Below the pieces are notes generated by a model. The model searched no databases. It saw only the letters and a program-made list of their open reading frames with translations, and was not told the origin of the DNA. From the NCBI GenBank assembly GCA_002269645.1, contig NIVC01001658.1:66139-130138 (forward strand): a stretch of DNA of 64,000 nt, written 5' to 3'. Made by a program: the position numbers and the translations under genes. Shown here piece by piece: positions 48,322 to 58,793 of the stretch (positions are counted from its first letter, which is position 1; the number at the start of each line of letters is the position of its first letter). This DNA comes from Macrostomum lignano (lineage: Eukaryota).

Positions 48322-51300
48322 GTGAGGAAGCACTTTAAAAGCATTTGTACCGATTGGCTTTGGTCTTTTTGGCACCTGCTTCATAAATGCATCATATCCA
48401 TCAACGTTTCAAATAGTTCCATCAATATTTCAAATGGTTCATCAATATTTAAAATGGTCCATCAACGTTTCAAATGGTCCATCAATATTTCAAATGGTCC
48501 ATCAACGTTTCAAATAGTTCCATCAATATTTCAAATGGTTCATCAATATTTAAAATGGTCCATCAACGTTTCAAATGGTCCACCAATGTTTCAAATGGTC
48601 CATCAACGTTTCAAATAGTTCCATCAATATTTCAAATGGTTCATCAATATTTAAAATGGTCCATCAACGTTTCAAATGGTCCATCAATATTTCAAATGGT
48701 CCATCAATGCTTCAAATGGTCCATGAATGTTTCAAATGGTCCATCAATGCTTCAAATGGTCCATCAATGCTTCAAATGGTCCATCAATGCTTCAAATGGT
48801 CCATCAATGCTTCAAATGGTCCATCAATGCTTCAAATGGTCAATGAATGTTTCAAATGGTCCATCAATGCTTCAAATGGTCCATCAATGCTTCAAATGGT
48901 CCATCAATGCTTCAAATGGTCCATCAATATTTCAAATGGTCCATCAATGCTTCAAATGGTCCATGAATGTTTCAAATGGTCCATCAATGCTTCAAATGGT
49001 CCATCAATGCTTCAAATGGTCCATCAATGCTTCAAATGGTCCATCAATGCTTCAAATGGTCCATCAATGCTTCAAATGGTCCATCAATGCTTCAAATGGT
49101 CCATCAATGCTTCAAATGGTCTATCAATGTTTCGAATGGTCTATCAATGTTTGAAATATCCATCAACATTTAATGGTCTACTGCGCCTCAATCAATGCCT
49201 CCAAACCTCCCATTCTTAGCCGTTCAGTGAAATATTTCAAAACATATCCTTCAGTCCCATATTAAAATCATGCAGTGACACAAACCGTCTCAGTGGCATA
49301 TAAGCTGTTTCCATTATGATCCTTAAGTGACACCACCTCTTGCTTTGATCCTTCGTAACAAGGTAAAAAAGCAACTGTCTGAGAATATGAATTTTCAGTG
49401 ACGCACTCAAACAGTGACTCGTGCAAAAACAATCCACACCAACTTCCCCTCCCCAACCAGAGTGGAAGTCAAGGGCCCTGCCACCATCGCCGACGTCTCA
49501 TTTGTTGCTAAGTACAATCGCGACGACGAAGAGAAGAAGGCGGCTCTCCGCGCTCAGACTCAGGCTTCGCTGGCTGCCGAGCAGCGCGCTTTAGAGAGCC
49601 TCGCCAATCGACAGGTTCGGCTGTTGAAACAGCGCGACGTACTAAACAGCTACGCCGACACGCTGATCAAGAAGCCCGAGCCAGCCAGTGGAAGCGGCGC
49701 CGCCGGCCCCTCGGCCTCCGGGGCCGCCGCTGATGCCACCGAGAGTCAGGTGAATGGTTGGGGTAACGTGATCATCAGGACTAAATTTGTCACATGGTCT
49801 GGACAAACTTGTCTCATGGTTGGGACAAAAAGGTCTCATAGTCCATATACTAAAAGTGGCTCATCGTCGGGACTAAAAGTGTGTCGTGGTTGGGACTAAA
49901 AGTGTCTCATGGTTGGGACTGAAACTGTCTCATAGTCAAGACTAAAAGTGGCTCATCGTCGGGACTAAAAGTGTCTCGTGGTTGGGACTAAAAGTGTCTC
50001 ATGGTTGGGACTGAAACTGTCTCATCGTCGGGACTAAAAGTGTCTCATCGTCGAGACTAAAAGTGTCTCATCGTCGGGACTAAAAGTGTCTCACGTTTGG
50101 GACTGAAAGCGTCTCATAGTCAAGACTAAAAGTGTCTCATCGTCGGGACTAAAAGTGTCTCATGGTTGGGACTGAAAGTGTCTCATAGTCAAGACTAAAA
50201 GTGTCTCATCGTCGGGACTAAAAGTGTCTCACGGTTGGGACTGAAAGTGTCTCATAGTCAAGACTAAAAGTGTCTCATCGTCGGGACTAAAATTGTCTCA
50301 TCGTCGAGACTAAAGGTGCCTCATCGTTGGGATAGACAGTGTCTCTTAGACATCTCTATGTCCTAGTAGCGGTTTCTTATCATTCGGAAAAATTTTGCAA
50401 AGATGCTTATTGCTAAAAAAAGCCATTCCTTGCAGGACAACGCCTCCAAGTCAACCGGTGGCAACAACAACTTGCACGCCGCAATCGACGCCTTCGACCC
50501 GAAGCACATGGACACGCTGAACAGCTTCTTTGATCTGTACGAGAAGCAAGCCGGAAAGTTGGACGACGATCTGCAGGAGACTAAAGTGAAAATTCAAGCT
50601 AAAGAGGAGGCCATTAAAGTGCTCGAACGTCAGCTGCGCGACATTGAAGCTCGTTACGCTGAACTGCAGAGCCGGTAAGTCACTTTGTATAAATGTTTCA
50701 AGTCTTTAAATGCGTATACTCAATAATTAAAAGTATCTGGCAACAATAGAAATCCTGTCTGTTTTTTCATCTGCATTTCTTTCAAAGTTTCTTTAGCATT
50801 CAATGCATAAAATGAAACTTTAGCTATGAAACGTTCCTTTCCGGTGCCTTATTCGTAAATTCCCTTCACATATAGGGTTATCAGTTATCAAAGCGTCGAC
50901 ATTAATATCAGATATGCAATTGTAATTTCACGGGCAAATGTACTTAGATATTTTTAAATACTTATTAGGAAGCCACGTGTCCTGCAGGGTAATAGCTTTG
51001 CGGTAAATAAATTCCATGCAGACACAATAGCAATTCAGGACACCAGACAGCCAGTTGTTAAACAAAAAACACGGGCCATTCCGAACCAAGAAGTACATCT
51101 CGCATTCCAGTTTTCTGGATTTTCAATATATGCAATTCACTCGCTATACTTGCGCGCTTGGAAGCCACAGCAACGTCCACAAGAACGCCGACGGTGCCAT
51201 AAAAAAACTTGTATTTCCATACAGTCATGATAGTTTCTGCGTGCAGCAGCATCGTGGGAACTCGCGCTCTCTCTCTCTCTCTCTCTGCCTCGTTTCATGA

Positions 51301-54300
51301 ACAGCGTTCGGAACCTCCCCCGAGGGAGACGATGCTGACGAAAGGCTGTGCAAAAAAAGCCAGAGAGAATGAGAGAGAAGAGAGAAATATGACTATTAGA
51401 CGGTTGCCCGGCTTCCGTAGAATTACAGCAACGGCTGCAGCTCCGGCGCACAACGCGCAAGCAGACGCGAAAGCAGCCAAACACAGCGGGAAGCCAGCTC
51501 GGTTGGAAATTGTTCGGGGATTGATGCGGCATGCGGGAGGCTGGGAGAGAGAGGGGAACTAGTGGAGATAGGCTACAGCTGGGGCGGCCAGGGTAACGCA
51601 GCCAAGCGTTATTGATTTTTTTGACGCGTGCACTTCGGTTCCGAGTGGTTTTCCGGTGCCAGTTCAGCGCGTATCCTGCACAGTGCATTATGATATTATA
51701 ATATTATTATAATATTATTTTAGCAACGTAGTGCAGTCAGCACAGTGCTACTAGAACTATACTTCTGCGGTAGATCATTTTGTGTGACTCTGCTTCGGTT
51801 TTATATGCAAGAATCTCATTATTTAGATTTGCATTCCACGCTTAGGGATATGATACATTGCCCGCTTAAAATAATCCTGAATTTATTATCTTCATCCTCA
51901 GGGAGGTATCTGTGGTTCTGGAAAGCCAGGAGGCCACCCAGCTTGAGTTGCACTTCTCCTACGTGGTGTCGAGGGCTCGATGGAGTCCGAAGTACGACAT
52001 CCGTGTGTTCAGCAACGAGTCCGCTATGAAGGTAAGGCATAGAGACTGACGCTTTGTGAGACAAGTCTATATTCTATATTAGCAGGAATGTTCTAGGCAT
52101 TCTAGAGCAATGCGTTCGACGACATCCGCTAACTCGTGCACACATGCAAGCGCGTCAATACTGTACGATGGCACACACTCATACACACTCACACAGGGTG
52201 TACAGCGATCCTGTCTTTCCCATCGTCGCCCCAGGTACTTCCGCATACTCTGCCCTTTAATCCCTTGTAGATAATCTACTACGGCATGGTGCAGCAGAAC
52301 ACCGGAGAAGACTGGGAGAACGCGCAGATCTCGCTGAGCACCAGCATGCCTGGTGTGGGCGGTACCGTACCGCCGCTCACGGTTCAAAAGGCTCACTTCA
52401 AGTCTAACAAGCCGTAAGATTAAAATAAATCTAAGTAATCCTGCTTATAAATCTGAAATATGATTTAAGGGACAGTCTTGAACAGCAGCGTAGTTTTACA
52501 TGGTTCCTTATTGAGGTTATTAACATGAGCTCAACAGTACAACCATTTCAGCAGAACACTTCCTAATGATAGTTGAGGGCTCTTCAGTGTTAGAATACCT
52601 TTATTTTGTGTTCCTGTCTATTTTTATAGTGCTACCAATATCCTTGTCTCATCTAAATTTGCGTTAAACTTATTTGTGTACACACGTATTCTGTTATCTA
52701 ATTGTGCGAAGAGCATTTGGCTCCTGATTCGAAACTGGCCTTGAAGTCACAGTATTCGACAATTATCTTGTACAGGGGTCAAAACTGGGGTTGTCGAGAA
52801 TTGAGCTATGTTTCAAGTAGTGCGTAGTCGTTATAATGTAGTTAATATATGTAAAATTTCAATCAGTGTTTTGCTAGCTAATGTTGTCTACAAGCAATGC
52901 TAATTGTAGTGGATGACGCACTGTCGCACCAACTATTTCTAGCAATTCTATATAATTTAGTTCCAGTTTAATCTGATCTGCGCCACGCGTACGTTAGTTA
53001 TAGCCTTTGTTTTAACAAAATTAATGCGGTCGTATACGTACGCTCGTAGTAGTCAAGCCACTTGAGGAAAACCGAGTGAATCCCCGGTCCTGCGGTTTTA
53101 GACGCTCCAATACACCCTACACTGACATAAAGTTGTCCGCTCTCTGACGCCCCCTGATGTTTACACAAGTCTCCGCCTCAATATCCGCTCCAATTCACAT
53201 GATCTTAACTTGACATCAAACTCTGTATAATCGATGGCAATGCCAAGTATATAGCAAGTATCTAAATTTAGGCAACCTTCATCGCCATCCATAATGTTTC
53301 TAAACAGAACGCGTACATTAGGCGAATACCATTTGAAATTGACAAAATTATTATTGGATGGCCTTGAAGCCTTCACAAATACCTATATAATAACCTAAAT
53401 TTACCGAAATCGCTAATCGATATCACCTCAGAATGGCTTTGAATAAAAACAATAAATAAGAAATTATAAATCAAGTCATGCGTTAAAGAAGCTAATTAGA
53501 AAGCTATGAAACTCGACCTAGTCGTCTGGCACGTCGCACTATTTTCCTCGGGCAAGCAAACGTTATATTAATTCATTTCTGTCTTCTCGGGAATCCCGGA
53601 TCATTAGACTGCTACCTGTGCAACATTTGTCACAATTTTGTGTCTGTCAAGTCAATGTTCCGAATGTTATTATTATCTAGCATGGCGTGTACGTACTTAA
53701 ATGTCATAGCTACAGAATTAGGTTAATGAACCACGAAATGCCTTCTTCACCCAGCGTCAGCTTTGTGAGCAGCGTTGTCGGCGGTGGCGGTGGCGTCAGT
53801 GGCAGCTCGCCGGTTCGCCGGGCCCAGAGCATGCGCACTGGTGGCAGCTCTACCCTGCGCAAGTCCAAGCACATGCCGGTGGACGAAATTCTGGCAGCTG
53901 AAGCGGCCGACGACGCCTCGATGGCATCGGAGGTAGCGGGGATTTCCGGTGTTTTGGGATTATTTAAATAAAATTTTAGATTGAAGTTGAATTGAAAGAA
54001 GCGATATAGAAAATGTTGTTATTTATAAACTCACAGGTAAGTGCAGCGTGATTTGAAATTTAACCTCTAACGCCTTACTTTACGTTTTCCTACTCTATAA
54101 ATATTTTTCGTCACCGCTTTCCGCTTTCAATGTTTCGACAAAAAAGCAAACGCACTCAACTATTAATAGTTTTGTTATTTTTTCTACTTTGTTTTCCAGT
54201 TTTTTGTTTGAATGCTTGGTACGTAAAGATGCTTATTTTGTAAGAAATCGCTTTTGCTGGATCTGTGCAACATAGTCGATTGAACTGCGCTGCTGTTCAG

Positions 54301-57300
54301 TGTTAACAATGGGAGCAGGAACAGTCAAGATTTTACAAGAATGAAAGCCAGCCAGGCACTATTCTGCAATTTCACTTCGTACTCAAAAACACCCGCGTTC
54401 AGCGACTGCACGACCTCAGTGACTCTTCGTCGCAACGCCACCAAGGTAAAGAAAACGCGAAGCGTCGTCAAAGCGCTGAGTTTCCACGCCGCCAACGATC
54501 GCGGCTCGATGGCTCGTCTGGGCGACGATTCACCGGGCCTGGACCCCGACGATGAGTCCTCGCTGATGCTCCGCTCTCCGACAACGGAGGTGCAGGGCTC
54601 GGCCTTGTCTAGCGCTGCAGCTGGCGCGGGTCCATTCTTAGATCTGGCGGCCAGCACCAGTGGCGGAGTAAAAGAGGTTTCCACTGCGCAGTACTTAGCG
54701 ATCTATAGTTTAACCAGCTATTCGTTTATCTCAAATGTAGTTAATTTTTCAATTTGTGTTTTTGTCTCCTCGTCAGAAGCGCTCAAAGCGTTTAATACTG
54801 CCGCATAGTTCCGTCCAGTCATTGTTGTGTTGCACACCTCAGATGTTTTAATATAGCTCGCGTCCTTAAACAGCTCAATCAATCTATTAAAAATTAGAAT
54901 CCCTCTCATGAGACGGCATAAATTTGGAGCACTGACCCATAGTCTTAACGCCTTAAGCTAGTACCAAGGCCTAGTCAAGTAGAAGGATGAAAAAACGTTT
55001 CTTGGAAAATTTTAGGAGGCCGGTTTTACCGAAACAATACATGGCTGAGATAGTAGGTTTTTATTTTTCCAGCACAAAAATTGTTATTGCTTTTGATAGG
55101 AGGCAGACCCAGTGGTTATCTTTTGATATAACTTAGCTATCTTACTTATTTATAGCTCTGGTGATATTCATACAGAATTTCGTTTAGAAAATTGAGAGTT
55201 TATTTAAACTTTATATCTTACGTACAGGTCCTATGCCAAAAATCATAAGAATTCCCCAACTTGACTGATCATTGGTTTCATGAATCTTTGCTTCCATTCT
55301 GTTGCACATTTTGTTACACAGTCATTAAGCTAAGAATGATAAAATAGATTCATGAATCCATTTTGGCACAGAAGATGTACAATTGTACATAAAATAAAAT
55401 ATTAACATCGAATCCTACTTTTATAGACGAAAAGCTTTACGAATATCCCCAGAACTATAAGAAAGGCAAGACATCATTGGTTCTGCCCCTGATCAAAAGC
55501 CACGTAGATTTTGTTCTAAAACCTCCTATCTCCGAAATGTATTTTTCGGCAAATCCTGCCTCCTAAAATTTCCCAAGAAACGTACTTTCCCGTTCTTCGA
55601 ATTGACTAATCCTTGGCTAGTACTCGTACTAATTTACAGCATTCTATTTATTGGCCTAAGCGTTTGCGATTATCTGTCGTCATAGCCAACTAGTTTTGAT
55701 GCCACATGTGCCATTCCGGATTTATATTTTTGTGGGAGATTTTTTCATCTGGGCTGTGGCTGACTCTTCTACCGAAGTGGAAAGATATTGAACTCTCACT
55801 TTGAAAGGGTCGTATTAACACTTCTCTAGACTATAGGCGGGTTGTTGACAGCTTTTTAGCTTACAGCTATCGTATGAGCATAACCCTCGTAGTCTATAAG
55901 CGAAAAAACACAGCCCTGACAGTGAGTGGCCTGGTTAAAAAAAGTACTTCACTCTGGTAGCTAGCGCTGACTCATCGCTGGCTGAGAGAAGAATTGAATA
56001 GCGAAGGGTATTATACGGCGGAGGAAGGAGAGGGGTTTGGCTATTCAGCATTTGAGAGTGACTGAATGGGCTGACTGAACAGCAAAAAAGCCCCAAAGCC
56101 AAACCATGCACCCTCGTGCCTGCACAGCGACTGCAAGCCTCTGAATGTCTTCACCACAATACACACCCTACAACTCGTGCACCGCTTTGACTGACTCTTG
56201 GGCGCTACAAAGCACAAAGTCTAATCCTTCACATATGATCTTTTTTAATAATAAGTTATTAATGCACAACCTCTCATGAACAGATAATTGAATACAAATC
56301 GTTTTTTTTGTTATTCATCGCTTCCCAATCCCAAGGCTTAGCTTTGCCGCCAGCGTATATTTTGGATACACTCAACTGTCGGGCCGAAACTTTAATTTTG
56401 TCCACGGCGCAAAGTCTTAAACTATTCATTGTACCTACTCCTGCCCATCAAAGTTAGATTGAGATCAAAGCAGACATAACTGAATTAATCGACTGTTTGA
56501 AAAAATTAGTTTATCCCGTAAAACATTCCGCGACGTTGATAGACGTGGCTGGGAAATTAGTACTTTTGCATTAGGCCACAGGATGACGATGTTATACGTC
56601 GATCGAGCGTCGGTGTAATTTAAAGGTACCTATTTGCCAGTGACATACATCAACGTTGGATTGCTATGCGGGTATAATAGATAATCAACTGACTGTGATT
56701 CAATAGAATATATCTGGGATGTCGGGATATTAGAAGTTTCTTTAAAGTTATCCGTAACGGATAGATTCTAGATCTGTCTTTGTAATTACTTTTCGTCCGA
56801 GTTCGTATTAAACAGTGATCCCAAATTTTTGCGTTGTCTTTTTTGGAGCCTAGTTTTTTTAAATAAGCGTTAATCGCACTACTACTAAAACAACTTTACA
56901 GCAAGCTGGTCGCGCCGGAGACACTCTCAGATCTGGCGGTTCCAACATCCAGAGCACCCAGTTCGAAGTGCCTCGCCTTTTCACTATTCCGTGCGACGGC
57001 GAAGAGCACAAGGTGACTATCGCCATTATCGACCTGTGCCCCACATTCGAGTACGAGTCTGTGCCGCAGAGGGCTCCATATGCCTACTTGAAAGCTGTCG
57101 TTACTAACACGTCTAACTATGCTCTGCTGGCTGGGCCTACAAACATCTATGTGGATAACAATTTCATCGGAAAGGTGAGAGTCGAAGCATATTTAGTGCC
57201 GATTCTAGTAAAACAATTTAACAAAACTGTGCAACAACTATGGAATAGAGTAGATTTTCTTTTCATAGTAACCATTTGAAGAAAATTTTATAAGCCCATC

Positions 57301-58793
57301 TACGGAAGCTCCTTATTTTCTCTACGCCGGTTGGAACCCCGGCGTCTGAATAAATTTAACGGCTGGATAAATTTAACGATAAACAGAGGTGGGGTCAAGT
57401 ATCTTGATTGTCTATGGACCGATAGCAGGGCCGCTTAGTACGGAAATATTGAATCAATAGAAGACATCCGTTGTTTCATAATAATTCGATATCTATATAG
57501 TTAAGTCGTTCCTGACGCAAAGCCTAATTTACAAACTGGGATGAATTTTTTGCGTCGGTATAATGATCGAAAGCAATTGTAGTTTGGATTTGAAAAATAT
57601 AGTACACCACATCGTTATTTACATGCAATATCATCAATTATATTATCGCGTAGTTGTAGTACGTAATGGATAATCCATGCTGCAAACATGTATCTGATAT
57701 ACTGTATAAATCACTACGTGAACTAATTAAATCCATTTATACCTCCGTCCAATTCAGTCGGAGCTAAAGGCCGCCGCCCCATCTGAGGAGTTCCACTGCC
57801 ACCTGGGCGCCGATCACGGCATCAAAATGAGTTACAAGCCAATGTACAAGAAGCGCGAAGGTGGCCAGTCCAAGACGGCACTGTTCTCGCACAAGCAGGT
57901 GATCGAATTGCGCAACACTCACCAGAAGCCAATCCGAGTTCAGGTCATCGAGCCGGTGCCTCGCCCTATCGAGGACAAGATCAAGGTTAGACCAGTAGTC
58001 ATTCTACAGAGGCCTGCAGTGACATTACTTATGACACACCCGAAGTAGTTAGAATTAAACCAATTAACAGTGTAAGACCACGGGTGCTATCGATGCTAAA
58101 CACTGATCAACAAACATTCTCAGGTGAACATCGTTGAGCCGCCTAAATTGAACTCGGAAAAGTACGACAAGCAGAAACCGATTCGGCTGAGCAAGTCACA
58201 CTGCGTCGAATGGGACGTCGATTTGGATGCTGGTAAGCGAGGTTTTTAGAGAAAAATCATTTGCTTACTGGAGATAATATTTCATATTGTCATGCAAAAA
58301 CTACGTAATATTCTTTCTGAGTTAGCTTTACCAAAGCTCCATGCTCGACACCAGATCGTCAGGCCAAAAAGTATTAAATAATGTCGATATGAAACAGTCC
58401 GATTTATTTTACCACGTTGCACGTTTCTGTCAAACTAGCGGAATTCTTCAGCTGAAGACAACAAAATTATGCAGAATGTATAAATTTAATTTCCCTTCTT
58501 AGGATACTTTTCAGGCTATTTAGAATAATTATTATTACCAGATACAATTAATCACGGCTTCTATTCAGCGAATAACTTTTTGTTCATTATGAATAACATA
58601 TAGCTTAGATGCTGTACTTGTACGGGTTCCATATACGACATATCGTACATATATACATAAGTAAAAATATTAAAATTGGTTATGTTTGACAATTAAATTT
58701 CACCTCGCAGGCGAGGGCAAGGAGCTAGTTCTTCGTTACAACATCGAGCTGCCAGCCGGAGAAACTTTGGAGTACACCGTGTCGGAGAATTAG
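48098..58793 (+). CDS. DUF4140/DUF4139 domain protein (C. elegans F37C4.5-like, TIGR02231/MuiA-like family), 11 exons, about 720-750 aa
   Basis: join(48098..48321,49461..49749,50436..50674,51902..52031,52271..52413,~53716..53932,~54356..54676,56902..57174,57758..57985,58124..58232,58711..58793). Family-like motifs: VTVYLDRAEVCR, SYVVSRARWSPKYDIRV, YYGMVQQNTGEDWENAQISLSTS, TIPCDGEEHKVTI, AYLKAVVTNTSNYALLAGP. Acceptors of exons 6 and 7 are uncertain. Confidence 0.88.
48390..49170. repeat. 20-bp minisatellite CCATCAATGCTTCAAATGGT
   Basis: Fills intron 1 of the DUF4139 gene. Confidence 0.96.
49461..49749 (+). CDS. DUF4140/4139 gene exon 2 (VEVKGPATIADV...ATESQ)
   Basis: aaccag|A, CAG|gtgaat, 289 nt, phase 2/0. 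Confidence 0.88.
49770..50345. repeat. 23-bp minisatellite GGACTAAAAGTGTCTCATCGTCG
   Basis: Fills intron 2 of the DUF4139 gene. Confidence 0.95.
50436..50674 (+). CDS. DUF4140/4139 gene exon 3, coiled-coil-like (DNASK...AELQS)
   Basis: ttgcag|GAC, CG|gtaagt, 239 nt, phase 0/2. Confidence 0.88.
51902..52031 (+). CDS. DUF4140/4139 gene exon 4 (EVSVVLES...WSPKYDIRVFSNESAMK)
   Basis: cctcag|G, AAG|gtaagg, 130 nt, phase 2/0. Confidence 0.9.
52271..52413 (+). CDS. DUF4140/4139 gene exon 5 (IIYYGMVQQNTGEDW...KSNKP)
   Basis: ttgtag|ATA, CC|gtaaga, 143 nt, phase 0/2. Confidence 0.9.
53716..53932 (+). CDS. DUF4140/4139 gene exon 6, Ser/Gly-rich linker
   Basis: Three in-frame phase-2 acceptors (starts 53710, 53716, 53722); GAG|gtagcg donor; GC-rich coding-like codons. 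Confidence 0.7.
54356..54676 (+). CDS. DUF4140/4139 gene exon 7, low-complexity linker (5' boundary uncertain)
   Basis: Open frame ending GAG|gtttcc (phase 0, compatible with exon 8); phase-0 acceptor candidates give starts 54356 or 54446. Confidence 0.55.
54958..55620. mobile_element. MITE-like element with about 150-bp diverged terminal inverted repeats in a DUF4139 gene intron
   Basis: Left arm about 54958-55115 matches the reverse complement of about 55475-55620 (CCAAGG..TAGTCAA..ACGTTTCTTGG.AAATTTTAGGAGGC..CCGAAA..GCTTTTGAT..GCAGA); no ORF. Confidence 0.6.
56902..57174 (+). CDS. DUF4140/4139 gene exon 8 (QAGRAG...DNNFIGK)
   Basis: tttacag|CAA, AAG|gtgaga, 273 nt. Confidence 0.9.
57758..57985 (+). 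CDS. DUF4140/4139 gene exon 9 (SELKAAAPSEEF...IEDKIK)
   Basis: attcag|TCG, AAG|gttaga, 228 nt. Confidence 0.9.
58124..58232 (+). CDS. DUF4140/4139 gene exon 10 (VNIVEPP...VEWDVDLDA)
   Basis: tctcag|GTG, G|gtaagc, 109 nt, phase 0/1. Confidence 0.88.
58711..58793 (+). CDS. DUF4140/4139 gene last exon (EGKELVLRYNIELP...SEN*)
   Basis: tcgcag|GC, phase 1, stop TAG at 58791-58793. Confidence 0.88.

Noticed and set aside
1400-50345. Tandem arrays as CRISPR arrays
   Set aside because: There are no unique spacers between repeats and no cas genes, and the arrays lie in spliceosomal introns of a eukaryote.
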